A stretch of DNA of 64,000 nucleotides, taken from assembly GCA_048013815.1 (NCBI GenBank), contig CM106586.1, positions 11,780,001 to 11,844,000 on the forward strand, in the 5' to 3' direction. Both the position numbers and the translations under genes were made by a program. This document shows positions 37,991 to 52,435 of the stretch, piece by piece (position 1 is the stretch's first letter; each line of letters starts with the position of its first letter). The notes under the pieces are model-generated. The model did not search any database, was not told the origin of the DNA, and was given only the letters and a program-made list of their open reading frames with translations. Source of the DNA: Setoptus koraiensis. Taxonomy: Eukaryota; Animalia; Arthropoda.

Positions 37991-39984
37991 AGTTCAAATC
38001 GGTTCTGCTCAGCTCGCTGTGGCTGGTGCCAATAATTTGCATACACGCAATCGAACATGAAGTGTCTGTTACGTCTGGCGTTTCGTTCAGCATAGAATTA
38101 CAATAATTATAACGCATGATTCTCCCACAACGACTCGTCAAGCGACTAAATTCACAGAGTGCCAATCACAGAGCCTGTCCCTCTGATTGCGTCATGAATA
38201 TTCATGTTCTGCAAATAACTGTATCTCGTTGCGCATCCATCGTGTGCGTGTGCTGCTTGGCACGCGCTAGAAATGCGGCCGCCGGCGTGCAAAATTCACG
38301 GTCATCATCCGGTTCGTCATCACGCAAAAGCTACGCGCGGGCTGTCAGTTCGGTCATGCAAATAAGCTCGCTCGCGCCCGGCGTCCTCCAACCCGATCAT
38401 ACCGATCCATTCGGGACATATTTGCCGTCAATAATTGCCTACTCTGTTGGCGAGTTGTTGTTTCCTTCGAGATATTGTTCATTTTTTGTTGACAGTGCAG
38501 AATATTTGTTCCGCAATGGTTTTTTTTCGCCGCCAGTCAACCACTGCGAGCCCACAAACAACCACAACGACGAGAAAAGAAAAAGGTATATTTCACAAAA
38601 GTTATTGACTCCTCTACACGAGGCCGCGCTGCTTGTGAGTGAATCATGGTGACATTGAACTCGCCGCCGCCGCCGCCGCTGCTGCCACCAAAACTACAAT
38701 CATCTTTGTGTGGATGACAGAAGAAAAAGAGAAAAGTTTCGTGACACAAAGGAGAATTCTTCACAGCTATTCACCTGTGTCACTACTGTCACACACAACA
38801 ACCTGTGCGCCGGCCACCGCTGCAACAACAATAAAGACTTCCTCTGGTTTGTCGATGCTGTTGTCGTTTTCGTTGTCGCTGTCGTTGCTGTTGTTGTTGT
38901 TGTGGTCGTCACCAGTTTCAATTGTTGTGTTCCTTTGGTGCCGGTGGCGTTCTTTCAACTTTTTGCCAGCAACAACTGCCAGTGGTCAGCGACGCACAAA
39001 TGTATTTCTAGTAGAGCGCTGGCTGAGGCTTTCGTCTGGTCTGGTCCCTTCTCGTCTCGTCTCGTAGCAAGTGGAGCAAGCATTTCGTGCTTGCTTCAAT
39101 GGTCAATGTCACCAAATCTTATCTTGTGTGTCATGCCATTTGAAGCTTCGAATTTGGCTGCAACTTCCACGTTGCAGCCACTCTCTTCTCCATTCTGGCC
39201 ACCTGTTCTAGCCAGTGGCAATTACTTTTCAAGTTTTGAAACTGACTGTTGTATTCTCTTATTGAATCCTATGAATGACATTGGCTTGTTTGTCCAGTCT
39301 CTAGCGTGGTGTCAGCATTGTATGCAGGCCAGCAGAAACATTTGAGACATAGCGAAGCCATCATTAACTCCGCCAGCTAAGCAGTTATAAGTCTGCCAGA
39401 CACACATAGACAGAAATGGATAAATAGATTGATATATTGCGTCAGGGAGAGCGAGAGACGCACTATCTCACAAATTCAAGTTCTCGTATAAAATGATGAG
39501 AAGGCACAACAACGTCAAATAAAATTTAAAGCCTCACAATTCTCGAAAAGTTTCACGATCAACCTTTGGCTCTGTTTGCTTGCGTAAATGTGCGTCAAAA
39601 ATCTTTATTTAGTTCTTTGGTCCACATTATATACTATGTAAGCTTGCTATATAATAATGATAATAATTTTCAACATTTTCGAAGAAATTGAATCTCACTA
39701 AAGACGTCATATTTTGTGTTGTAGTTCTTCAACTTAGCGAATCAGGTGGGGGCACTGATATAGTAATAGTAATTTCACCAAGTCCACCTTCAACACACAC
39801 TACTATTCCTATTATAACCATCATAATTCTTTCTAGATCAAAATACATTGCAAATGTATATACGCATGTATCTGGGGATAAAAATACATTTCAATTTGAA
39901 AAATCAAACTTAACAAGAGTTTATGTGTGTCAGAATCTTTTCTCCAAAGATCGTACTTCATTGTCTGATGCTTGTATCAGGTGT

Positions 39985-42900
39985 TTAAGTTGGTCTTTGT
40001 TGTTGTTGCTGTTGTTGTTGCTGCTGCTGCTGTTGTTGCTGCTGTTGCTGTTGTCGTTGTTGTCGTTGCAACTGCTGCGTCTTTGCCTGTTTCAATATTC
40101 TATCCAATAGAGGATTTGGTAGATATTCTTCCACTTGTTCATCAGCGCAAGCAACTAATTCAATTTTGTCAGAGAATGAGACACTTTTCTTTTTGCCGTT
40201 GTCCACAGAAGAAAATTTCAATTTGTTGTTACTAATACCACAACTGATAATACTTTTGGCCTTAATCGCTCCATTCATATTCTTGCCGCCGTTGCTGAAT
40301 GCTGCGGCGTTGTTGTTGATCAATGTTGTTGCCGATATCTTAGAAGCCGGCGTTACCTCTTGATGATAGTAAACTGCGGTACCATGCCCATTCTTGTTAT
40401 CATTACCCACAAGCTTCTTATCAATGCTTGCCCGGGACGTTAACCTGTTGTTGTTGCTGTTAGTAGAAACAAATTGTTGTTGCTGCTGCGGTTGGCTCAT
40501 AGAAACGCTCTTTCTCTTTCGCATTTGTCCGGCCGACGTTGAGTCTTCGCTCTCTTCGGTGTCTTGAGTGGCCGAGGTTGATTCCTCCTCTTCGTCGTCG
40601 TCATCGACCCCATCTTCCTCACCCTCGTCCATATCATCGTCAAAGTCTTCTAGATCATCGCCATTGATCATCATCTTTAATTTGTTGATTAAAGCTGGCG
40701 ACAATAGACTATTGTTGTTATTATTATTGATTTGTTGCTGTTGTTGCAACAATTGTTGTTGCTTCAATTGCATTTGCTTGATTTTTTGTCTCAATTTGAT
40801 CATCTCCTGATTGCTCAACAGGTTTTTTCTCGTTTGTTGCTGCTGTCTAGACAACATCTTATTGCTCAACATACTCATCATTGCCTTAATCATTAGGGCC
40901 TCGTCAAGTTCATCCAGGCTCATTGCATCAGCATCGTCGTCGCAGCCAATCTCGTTTTCACCTTTGTTTCCATTGCTTTCGGCATTGTGATAATGATGCT
41001 TAGCCTGAAATTGTGACTTTGTATAGAGCATCGCTGTTTGCTGTCGCTCTAATTGATCGCATGTTGTTGTTTGTTGCTTGTCTGCATCAACGGAAAACGA
41101 ATTCACAGATAATCTTTCATCCCTTGATAGATTACTCTGCAAACTGTGCTCGCTACTAAGACTGCTGATACTGTTTGAATCAATCTGCTTACTGTTGGCG
41201 CATAATCCGTGCTTTTGCAACATCTTCAGCGAAGGCATAATCTGTGCACTGGAGCCATTGTTGCGATACTGTGATACAGATTTAATCATTGGTGGTTGCC
41301 CATCGTCGCAAGCCGAATGAACTCCCGACGTGGACGACGAGCCCGTAGAAGAGGCACCTCCATCCGATGACGAAGACGGCGACGAAGAACCCGGCGGAAG
41401 TGGCGGTGGAGGTGGCGAGTACTGATTCGCTAAACTAGAATTATAGGAATGACTTTGTTGTTGCTGTTGCTGGTTTTGAATTGATAATTGATTCGACTGT
41501 TGTGATCGATCGATTGTTTTAGAGGCCATGCCAAGATCGCTGTTGGCTGATGAAGCAACAAAATCATTCACATCAAGACCAACCATTCTAGATTGCTGCT
41601 CGCAACCAGTGGCTCTTGGCACTGATGTGTTGCGACCCATAGTTGTATGGTCAGATAACTGATTGAAGCTGATGCTTGTAGCTAATCTTAGCCCAGTGTT
41701 GTTTATCATTGCCACTTGAGCGGCGCCAGAATTCATCACTGGCCCTGTCAAATCATCGTGAATGATTTTGTAGTTGCCCTGTGTTGTTAGTTTCGTTACA
41801 CTACCGCCAGCACTGTAGCCAACGCTTGATACATGATGATTACCTGTTGATTGATGTTGCGCAACTTGTGCTGTAAGCTGTGCCGACGATGATGGTGCCG
41901 ATGATAATGATGGCTGAGATGAATTTGAGTGATGCAAACTTGACAACCTGCTCGTTTGTTCAAGGTTATGCGTTTGATTCGTGCCCGATTCAATGTAGTT
42001 AGAACGATGTTGATAGTTGCTATTGGCAGTGCTCGTTGTTGTTACATCATCTCTTGGATAGCCAGTCCTCTGGCTATTTGTTTGTGTTTGCGAGCAATGA
42101 TCATTCAACTGCAACTTCATATGAATGGGGGCCGGATAATCATTAACAACGCTTGATTTAAGCCTGAAATCGCCGCCAACTGATTGGCCGCTAATTAGTC
42201 GTTGCTGTTGGCTGCGATCAGTTGTGACGCTGTGAATTGCATGGTGATTAATTTGCTCTATGGGCTTGTTAGTACCACAACACATATCTTTATCATGATT
42301 GGCTTCGTGATTTCTCAATTCGGCTAGACTAAATTGATTAGAATCGATTGAATCTACACTTTTTGTTAATTCATCATTAATTTTTAGCGGTGCTAATTTT
42401 GTTGTTTCTGATGTTGATGATGTTTGCGACGGTGGCGGATTAGAGAGGCTTGCATAAACCGATGTTGATGTCGATGTCATGAGAATTGGTGTGTGATTAA
42501 TCATCTGTTGCAATGGTGGCGGTGGCGTAGGAAAACGAAAGCTTTCATCACTACCATTTGATTGTATACTGGAGAGTTCATTTTTTTGGGAACTTTCCGT
42601 ATCATCATAGCTGGCCACATAATCGTAATTGTTATCATTCTTAGGGGCGGCGTGCTGCTGTTGTTGCTGTTGATGGTGCTGGTGCTGGTGCAAATTCCGC
42701 TCATCAATCATTGGTGAACCCGTATATTTTATTGAATTCTGATTGAATTTCCTCGACTCCTGAGGCTCGTCTAGATTTATATATTGGTCTGCACTATTGT
42801 TTGGATGCAAATTATCATTTTGGTTAACTAGATCACCGCCAACTTTGCCATTATGTAGGCGCCTGGTGTCATGCAACCGATGAAAATAGTCTCGACTAGT

Positions 42901-45900
42901 CGGATGACAAGGCAATGGTGGAGGTGGAGTGGGCATTGTGTCTGGATTTGTTTTATTCGGACGCTTCAGAACACTACGTTTCTCTGGCAAAGGTGGCGGT
43001 GGTGGCAGCGAGGAACGTTCTAATGATTTTGGTCGCTTCATAACAGTAGCTATTGGGACATGAAGATTATTACTATTATCATTTGCGCCATTATTGTTGT
43101 TATTTTGATTTATCATGACAGCAGATTCCGATGAGAGATCTAAAGAAGATCTCGGTTTTTGTAACTGTTGCATGGGATGATGATTGATTTGATCTGGCAT
43201 CCGTTGTGATAGTGCAACAGTCTCATTCTTATTTGCCACAACTGCCGCACCGCCAATCTCGCCTTCATTCGTCATCTTTGATTTAGCGCTGCCATCAAAC
43301 ATCATCATAGAAGAAGTTATGTAAGAGCCATTTGTCTTACAATTCAACTGACCGTTCACCGCTTCTTGCGCTGAATTAATAGGTATGGGTGCAAATTTAG
43401 TATCGACTTGGTCTTGCTGGTTGAAGTGATGCTGAAGGTGATTTTGTTGCATAGCCATCATTTTAGATGACAGATGATTGGGGTGGATCTGAGATAAAAT
43501 TTTGCCATCGCTTCTGGCCAATTGATTAGTCTTGTCGTGATTACGCCTGTCAATTACGTCGTGCTGTTGTTGGCCATCATTGCACTGCACGTCTGTCTTC
43601 ATCATTGCATTGTCTGCCATTGTTGTTTGCTCGCCAGTTAGATTATTTTTGCCATTGCAAATGGAGGTAGCTTTGGTTTGTGGAAATTGAATTCTGCGTT
43701 CTGCTGACACCGCAACATTCTTGGCCACGGAGGCTTCATCAACAACATCCCGAGATGACATAGAAGCACATGAATACTTCATCTGTTGTTGTTGCTGCTG
43801 GTCAACAACGTGACGTTGAGAGCGACAAGATGTAGCAGCAGATATGTCCATTGCAGTGCCATTCCCGCTCACCGAGGCTACTATCGGCTTATTTATCAAG
43901 GTTGGAGGCATTGCACTATGGTCATTTTTAGTTTGTTGTTCTTGCCGTTCACTCTTATGCTTATATAATTGCTCCGTCTTGCCTGTCATGTGTGCCTGTT
44001 GTTGCTGGCTCGGAAACTGACCGCTGAGACAAGATTGGCTAGATTGTTGTTGAGCTAGCTGATGCTGAGATTGGTTGCGAGGTTGAGGTTGCAAACTAGG
44101 CGCGTTTATTTGCTTCACTGATTCTTCTGAGTGATTGTACCTCTGTTGCTGTTGTTGCGGTTGACCACTAACATAATGGATGCTTGAAGACAATTCGGCT
44201 CTATTTGTTGTTGTTGTTGATGTTTGTAGTTGGTTTGATGGTGGCACTGATACATTGTACTGATGTTGTTGCATATGCTGTTGTTGTGATGACGGTGGTC
44301 CTAGCAGGTGCAAATTGGAATTTGCTGATTGTTTAAAATCACTTCCACTAATAGTACTCTCTGAAGGGTCGCTGCTTACTGCAGCGTGAACAAATGAGTT
44401 GCTGTGAGATCTACAATTTGCATCTATTATTCTTCCGGTGGATGTTGTGTCAAATTGAACTAGAGAGCCACCATTAGAGTTAGTTTGATGATGACCAGTC
44501 TTGGCTAAAAGATTGTCCGATGATAATGAACCCAAAAGCGCTTGTTTCTGATAATGGTGGTCATTATTTTGTTTCATTAACTGGACTTGTTGGTTGGTGC
44601 CGTTGACACTATTTGATGTGACATTTCGCTGAATATTATGTTGGTCAACGATGCAAGAACCATTAGGGTTGCCAGAACTGGTCTGCCTAGCAAGTGTCAT
44701 TGCCTTAGGCTGACCATCGCTTACAAATTGTTGGTCTCTCTCAATAGGTGGTTTACTAGTTGATAACATGCCATTCTTGAGTGAAGTTTCGCTTTTTATT
44801 GCTGTGCCAAGATGCTGCTGTTGCTTTTGTCTTGAAAGTGCTATCGCCTGATCGTTATTTCCTCCATTGCTTACTGCCATAAGCAGATGCTTTTGGTGTT
44901 CTTCGCTAGTGGTCGAATTGAAATTAGTCGAGCTCTCATGTTGATGTCTTGAAATGTCGATACTAGTTGGACTTTTATTTGCTAGACTAACTGCAGACGT
45001 TGCTGAATGGGTTGTTTGCTGTTGCTTATTGATTGAATGCTGTGGGCATTTTGTCATGTTTAAAGAGGAAACGCTCGGTGTAGATGATGTTGTCGAACTG
45101 ACGGAGAGACGATCACGAGCACTCATTCTTGGCACTTGTTGGCTAACTGTCAGCTGATTGCTTGCTGGTTGTAGCTTGCTGTTAATTAGATTATTGGCTA
45201 GGTTGATTTGGTTTTGTTGTTGCTGTAGGCCGTTGCTGTTCTGATTCACCTGCTGATAAAGTCGTTGTTGTTGCTGTGTATGAGCCAGTCTAGATTGGAG
45301 TTGTTGCTGGTCAAGGCGACTGGCGTTTGTTTGCATTGATTTTGTCATAATGGCCGACGAAACATCTGCTACCTTCTTGGATGTCTTGTGAGCTGCTAGT
45401 GGTTGGTCCAACAATGGGGAAGGGAGCAATTCTGACGATTGAACAAAACCGTGATCGACATTGTCAGTTGATCCATTCTTGCTGATTGCTTTATCTACAA
45501 CAGTGCAGCGATTTGTTCTGAAGTCGGCGGGTGCCGCAAATAATTGCTGCCTCTTACCGATGGCAGCAGAGTTTCCATTTGAATGGTTTTGATTATGGTT
45601 AGAAGATGAATGATGATCTTGATAGGTTGAGGGCTTCATTTGCATATCGCATTCATTAAGATGTTGATGGTGAGCCAACAATTGACCATTGTTATCATGT
45701 TGTTCTTGTTTTGTATTGATTGTTGTAAAATTTGAGTTGATAAATTGTTGCTGACACTGTTGCGGCTCTTGTTGGCCTATTAAGGCTCGTTGTTGTTGAC
45801 TAGATGATGAGTCTATAGGATAAAGATGTTCGGACGAGTTTCGTACTTGTAGTTGTCTTTGTTGTGAATTAATTAACTTTGTTGTTGATTTATCAGAGCT

Positions 45901-48070
45901 ATTGTGAGAAAATGTGTTTCTGAGACCAGATTGTTGCTGCTGTCGCTGCTCTTGGGATTTGGCCTCATCTGGTAGATGGTAGCCAGATTTCAATGAAGCT
46001 CTGTGATCATTGTCCTGATTGCAAACTATAGTGTTGTCATGTAAAGGTTATTGGTGATTGTTCAGGTTTGAGATATTCAAAGATGAGAAGTAGAAAATAA
46101 AAGAATTGAAAGAAGAATACCATGATAACTTATTTGGTCAGATTATGCAATTTACTTAAGAGCATTGTGTCCACCAGTTAGGGCTAATCAGAACAATAAG
46201 TTAGTTAATTAGAAAGAAAGTTACCTTGATTGTCAGTTGTTTTGAGATTGCCTTGTTGCGAGATTAACATTGTCGTACCATGATGGTAATCTTGACAAGT
46301 GTCTGAGTTTGATAATATAAGAGGTGGTGGAGGTGGTGGGTATGAATGATTATCATCAGCATTACAACTCAAGTTGTTATTATGCAAATCATTTTGGGCG
46401 TCAGCAGTACCATTTCGCCTAATATTTGTTAATTTATAGTGACCGTTACTTTGTTCGTTACTATTGACTGTAGCTAAATTAACTTGATTGTGGCTTTGAG
46501 AACGAGAATGTTGTTGATTTTTAGTTGTTTGCTGTAGAATTGAATCATCAGAATTGACGTTATTTTGATTATTTAGGAAACTCCTTTGTGATTGATGATG
46601 CGCGATTGAATTTGCCCTACAAAGATCAGGTGCACCGTCTGGCGAGGCAACTGCCGGCTGTGCCGTGACCAGAATGGCCTGAGATACTGTTGATGTAGTT
46701 GTTGACTTGTGCTGTTGTTTATTAAATGTTGCAAGTGAGACCATTGTTGCCGTGTTGCTAAGCGAATTGTTGACAGCACGTAAATCATTTAAACTTTGCT
46801 GATGTTCAGGTTTCAATAATGACGGCGGCGGTGGTGGCAGCAAGATTGGTGGTGGTGGTGAATCAAATGATTGCAACGATGACATTGGCGATGATTCCTC
46901 GCTGCTGGTGCCAGACGGTGTTTCAGGCAGTGCTCTATCGTAACTGGATATATTATCGTTGGTATGGTTTGCAATTTGACTACGATTATTGTTAGTTTCC
47001 ATCTGTTTGCCAGTCCGTTGATTATCTTGTTCCTGAGCAGTTCTAGCTTGCTTTTGTTGCTTTAATATTTGTTGTTGTTGAAGCAACGTTTTCAGTGTTG
47101 GCAAGACTGGTGCTGATTTGACGCAGCCATTGTTGATAGCTGGGTGCTGTTGCTGCTGTTGAGTTATCACGTTGGTTGCAGACTTGGGAGCAGCGAAACT
47201 TGGACGAGACGTCTGTCCAGTGTGCGCTTCATTAGGGGCACTATTTGCGGTATTCACTGGCCTCTTGGCCCCTAGGGCTAGCCGTTCGGCTGCACTGAGT
47301 CGAACTGTGGGCTGATCTGTTGTTGTATGATTGCTGCTACTGCTGCAGATACCATTGTTTGTGATTAGTAATTTACTTTTGGGCTTCAGCATATGCTGAT
47401 TGTTTTGCTCTGAACCATTGGATAAATGTTTGTGTTGGTGCTGTTGGTGTTGTTGTTGCATGGCAAGACGATGCTGCTGACTAATGGTGGTAGATTGTGA
47501 AATTGCCGATGAGCTTTTCACAGGCTGCTGCTGCTGCTGTTGTTGTTGTTGCGCCGTCGAGGCGCCATGGATGTATTGCTGGCCGTTGGGGAGCCGAATT
47601 TGGTTTGGCGAATGAACACCACTGTCGTCACTGTGAGATGAATTTGTATCGTTAACAAGTGGCGGCGAGGGTGAAACTGTCAATTTTTTATTTACACCTA
47701 ACGGAGTGGGTATTGCCTTATCTAGCTGCTGTTGCTGCCTGCTAACCAGATTCTGTTGTCTGTTTGCTGCCACTAGAACGGCCGCTTGTCTCATGTGATT
47801 TAAATGATTTTGATTGGCTAGAACGTCGTCGCTTTCTTCGCAGAACTGCTGCAAATGATTTTTGGCTACTATGCTGGTTGCTTTGTTGCTGTTGCCACTG
47901 AACATTTTCAATCTATCGTCCATTTTTGTTTGTTGCTGCTTGCTATTGTCGCCTTGACAGATAATATTTTTCTCATGTTGTTGTTGTTTCATCATGTTGG
48001 TTGGGTGTTGCAACACAAATTGGCTCTCTTTTGGCTTCTCCATGGTGGGGCAACTATTAAAGGTCGACAT
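39985..48070 (-). CDS. Very large Q/N/S-rich low-complexity protein, about 2628 aa if the two ORFs are spliced; family unassigned
   Basis: ORFs 48070-46225 and 46025-39985 join in frame across a 199-nt phase-1 intron (G|GTAACT ... CTATAG|TT), total 7887 nt. PolyQ tracts, polyproline motifs, an acidic tract and a C-terminal KKKSVSFSDKIELV...YLPNPLLDRIL motif. Further 5' exons cannot be excluded. Confidence 0.75.
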
Positions 48071-48276
48071 GCGTGTTGTTAGTGTGCGATAAGTGATTGT
48101 TGATTATACACGTAAGAATAATAATTTTACAATTTGTGCTGTGTCGTGGTCTTAATTATTCACATTTCGTAAATTGTTGTTTTCGCTTGTTGTGACAAGT
48201 AGATAATGCAACATTTGATAATTTGATATAATATTGCCATCATCATCAACGAATTTGTTGTCGAACTGCAGTTGTA

Positions 48277-48349
48277 CGATGTCGTCGAATGGCGAGTGTG
48301 CGATATCGTCGAATAGCGAGTGTGCGATATCGTCGAAAAGCGTCGTCGA
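48277..48349. repeat. 24-bp tandem repeat (CGATATCGTCGAATAGCGAGTGTG-like, about 2.6 units)
   Basis: On the minus strand it would read FDDIAHSL/FDDIAHSP/FDDIVQLQ within ORF 48152-48595. Confidence 0.85.
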
Positions 48350-51300
48350 TGGATCTGGTCGAACTATTTTGCTGGGCCTATCAGCGTACACAGCATAAAT
48401 ATGATTGTTGTTATAGTGGATTTTTATCGAGTCGACACTATATTCTGTACGCAATGGAACTTGTTGCTTGTTGTCGTGTGTAACGTGCACTGTAGAAACA
48501 GAAGCGTGTGTGCTGTTGTGAGTCATGTATGCGCCGATCGAATCTGAGACGGCGAACTGTTGACCAGGCACCGATAGAACTTTTAGCGCTCGCACATGCC
48601 TGTGCTGTGTGTGTGTGTGTGTGTGTGTGCGGACTCAGTTGGTTCACAGTGTGAGCGTCTCGTCTTTTCGTTCGTTTGAGTCCTCTCACTATCCACTCGC
48701 TCGTTATTCTTCTCACACACACACACACACACACTTACTTATAAACGGTATTAGTTATACTGCTGGCCGCAGGTAACTCGCATGCGATGCGCTTACAGTC
48801 GGACCTGCAGCCGATGCTGCGAGCGGCCAACTCTGCGCAACTCGCCAGATCAACCAGATTATTATATTGCCGCTGCGGCAACAACAGGTACAGTATATTG
48901 TGTGCCCGCTGTTAGCCGTCTGGCCGGCTGGCTGACTGGCTGGCCGCAGTAATGGCCATTTCGGCCATCAGTTTGGTCAGGTGCGCACAGTGCGCTCTGG
49001 CTGTGCTGTGTGAGTCCCAGAACTAATGATCATCATCATGATGGTGCATCGAGATATCGCTTGCATCGTTGCTGTTGCACCGATCGCCGCGGTGCATCGG
49101 ATCTTTCGGCGAATCCAATGGAACGGAATCGAATCAAATGCGTGCATCTGCTAAAGCAGCAACTCGGTGAGAAGTTGTGCACCATCGTAAACACAAACAC
49201 AGACACCATATATAATCGAAGGTGCACGCAACTTGCGCACACCTTAAGATGAGTGCAGCCCAGTTGAGTCGGCCGACTCAAGTCCGTCGTGGCGGCCGCG
49301 CAAATCCGTGAGCGCCGCTGCCTGCTGCCCAGAGCAGCGCCACCATTGCTGGTGTGGGCCTGCAGCAACAACATTTACCTGTAGAATAGGACGAAAAAAT
49401 AAAACAGAATAAAACCTTATTATACTAGAGTACACACAGCGTTCAATCTAATTCTTGGTCTGGCAGATATAAACTTATACCCCTGGCATACCCTGTACTT
49501 TTTACAACAGCCATCAGCAGCACCGCTTTTAAAGATAAGGAGCCATCAGAGACACGCGCAAGATAAACTGTTGCTGCTGCTGCTGCAAAGAACACAAAGA
49601 GAGAGTGACCAGTGGACGTTGTTGAGCCATCTCAAACGGGCAAAGGTACATGTAGTAGTGGGAGTAATATATTGGAAGGCAGTGGTCATCGTCATTATAG
49701 TTTCAGTGTGAAACTTTTACGCACACTTTTGAGAAAGAACTGTTGCTCAAATCGGGAGTTTCTCTTCTCTCTCTGCAAGACTCCAATCATCCTCGTCCAC
49801 TGTCAGACCTGGCTCGTCGTCTTGAACTTGGACAGACAATTCGCCATCATCGTGGCTAACAAGACATGACACAGTGCACACATAAATAGATACAATGTTC
49901 GGACAAGGCCTCTCATTGGTCTCGCTGCGTCCGCTAGGGGGCTATTTCGGCCTGTCTCTCAGCTTGCAACGATATATCCCAACTGCTATAGTTACTATTA
50001 CTATTCACCTGGACTGTACTTGATACAGTTCAATATTTATTTAACTGATGATACCGTTAAATAGTGCTCGATAATCAGACACAAAACCGCACGAGGACGC
50101 TGCAAGCGTTTCGCTGCTGGTCATAACCAACAACAATCGTGTGCCTGCCAGGTATATGCCTGGGCCATTGGTCACCTCACATACTATATTGGGGACAACC
50201 GTGCACGACTTAAACTATTGTGTTGCATAGTCTGCGATAGTGTCAGACACACAAACAACAAAAGTCATTTCATCATATGCGAGATCTTTGTCTGGCACAA
50301 CGCTGTCCGTTAGGAAGCCATAGCGTATTGTGTTATTGAGAAGACGGATAACGATAGGAGAAGAGGCTCACCAATCTCAAGAGTAGGCTAACATGAGAAA
50401 GGAGGAGATAAGATAAACTGACCATCTGCCTTATACCATTCAACTCTACCATCTCATACACACTCGCACACGCTGGCATTGTGATTTGGGATACACACAA
50501 AAAACTGTTGTCGATATGTGCCATTGTTGCTGCTGGTGTTGCTGTTACCAGCACAGGCAAATGAATTAGAGACATATTATTATTAGACGATTGTGAGACC
50601 TGACGAGTATTTTGATACGTCCACCACTGCCAGTGCTGACCATGTGCCCTGTTCGGGTTCTGCCAGCGTGGTGAGAACTTCTTTTGGGATGCAAGCAATT
50701 GTTGCATTCTCGACAACGGTTATCTAGTTTACAAATGTCACAAACTAGCTCAATAGGTGAGCTGAAGTGAAACCAGGTGGTCGCCCGGTCAGCAATTAGC
50801 CAATTAGCGTTCCTAGCCTTGCAGTGTATGAGTGAACAACAACAAAAATGGGCGCCAAAAGCGAGTTGAAACAGTCTTGTTTGTCTTGCTAATTTCTACA
50901 TGTGGCCGGATTTTTTTCGCGCCGAAATTGTCCGTATTGCTCTGACCACTCTTACTTTGAATTATAATCAGGACAACTTTGGCTTTCCTGTCGGCACTGT
51001 TGTGGTCTAGTTGCTGGGCGAGTTGGACAAATGTTTGTATATTTGAGTTGTAGCTCGCACTAGAATGCCCGTTGTCTGAATAAGGCGATTATTTCATTCA
51101 TAGTCTATATGTGTGACAAATAATACCACACGATTGAAAGAGAGCGAGAGAGGGTATCAATTAACGCACTGGTCACTCGCTATCTTCTCAGTGTGTCGTA
51201 ACAAATTCATGCGAATGCTACACATAACCACATTGGCACAAAGATGACCACCGCAACAATCTTCCCTAGCAGCATCCTTCCTCTTATTTGTGAAAGAAAG

Positions 51301-52435
51301 AAACGAAACGAAACGAACGGGAAGGAGCACACATTGTAGCTAGACATGATGATGTTAGCGGTTTTGCAGATGTAATATATTCATCCATTGTGGTTGATTG
51401 TTTGACTCCGTCATGAATTATGACACCACTGTTACAAACTACGAATATAGTTCTGTGGTTGAACACGATTTAAAGTGACTAAAGAAGAAAGAAAAAAGGA
51501 AGTTATGTCTGAGCATAATGGAGAATCTTTACCTTCACAGCAACAGCAAGACACTGTTAGCCGACACACATTATACATAACTATCCCTCTCGTGAACATT
51601 GTTGCTCTGATCTTAATCTTTGCCGCTACTAGTACTTTAAGGTGGAAGGCACTTGTTCGTTTAAAAATGTTCGTCATTCTTGGGCCACGTATGTCCAGCG
51701 ATGGGCGACCAACAACAATCTAACGGCGACCATTATCATAGGTGCATCGTATCTGCTTCTATGTTGATTATATTGAATGGTCCCTTCCTCAGGATGCATA
51801 AAGTATTATGATAGTAACAGAAATCATTACCATTGTGTTGTTGTTGCTGTCGTGGATAAACTCAATTATTGTTTGCCAGAGTGTTGCACATCACACTCAG
51901 CCTGCTGTTCTCGTCCGCAAAATATTGCCAGACCTGAGCATGTCAGAATCACACCATATCTGTAGCTAAAACTCGAAATCTCTTTCTTTATCCGGCTTCT
52001 CTGGCTGCTATTAGGCCCGCTCTGGCTAATCATTTACATCCTCCGGCTCGTTTATACACTCGCTGCTTGTCGATTATAATCCGTTACCGATATAATCGAC
52101 AAGTGAGCCGCGTTCATTCATCGCCCCTTTGTTCATCACCGGCTTAATCGCCCAGCGCCAACATTCTCACACTAAGCAGCTAACGTGACAGATATATGAA
52201 GTTATCATGATAACTTAATTTCATCTAGTGAGAGTCGTTACTGAGCATTATTGTAGCATTCTAAGTGCTGCTAACGTCCGCATGATACGATATAATATCA
52301 TGTAATAACAACAAGATCAAAAGACAGATACACAAGACGAGTCAGTCGGATAGGAAATTTATCTCTTGCCTTCTTTCCCTGTTTCTTTAGTTACGTGACT
52401 TCACCATCGCCAATTTAATACTTATCAGTACTTAT

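Noticed and set aside
32332-38000. CRISPR-like arrays
   Set aside because: The repeats are directly tandem with no unique spacers, and the DNA is eukaryotic with no cas genes.
38480-38545. Possible minus-strand terminal exon VDWRRKKTIAEQIFCTVNKK* after a T-rich AG acceptor
   Set aside because: Protein-like, but I could not link it to an upstream exon or a known family.
31261-39345. Numerous overlapping 60-210 aa ORFs on both strands
   Set aside because: Explained by GC-rich, stop-poor sequence and simple repeats (poly-V, poly-T, RSFV, HT and CV runs).
48152-48595. 147-aa minus-strand ORF upstream of the giant gene
   Set aside because: Its apparent periodicity comes from a 24-bp DNA tandem repeat, and I found no clear splice link to 48070.
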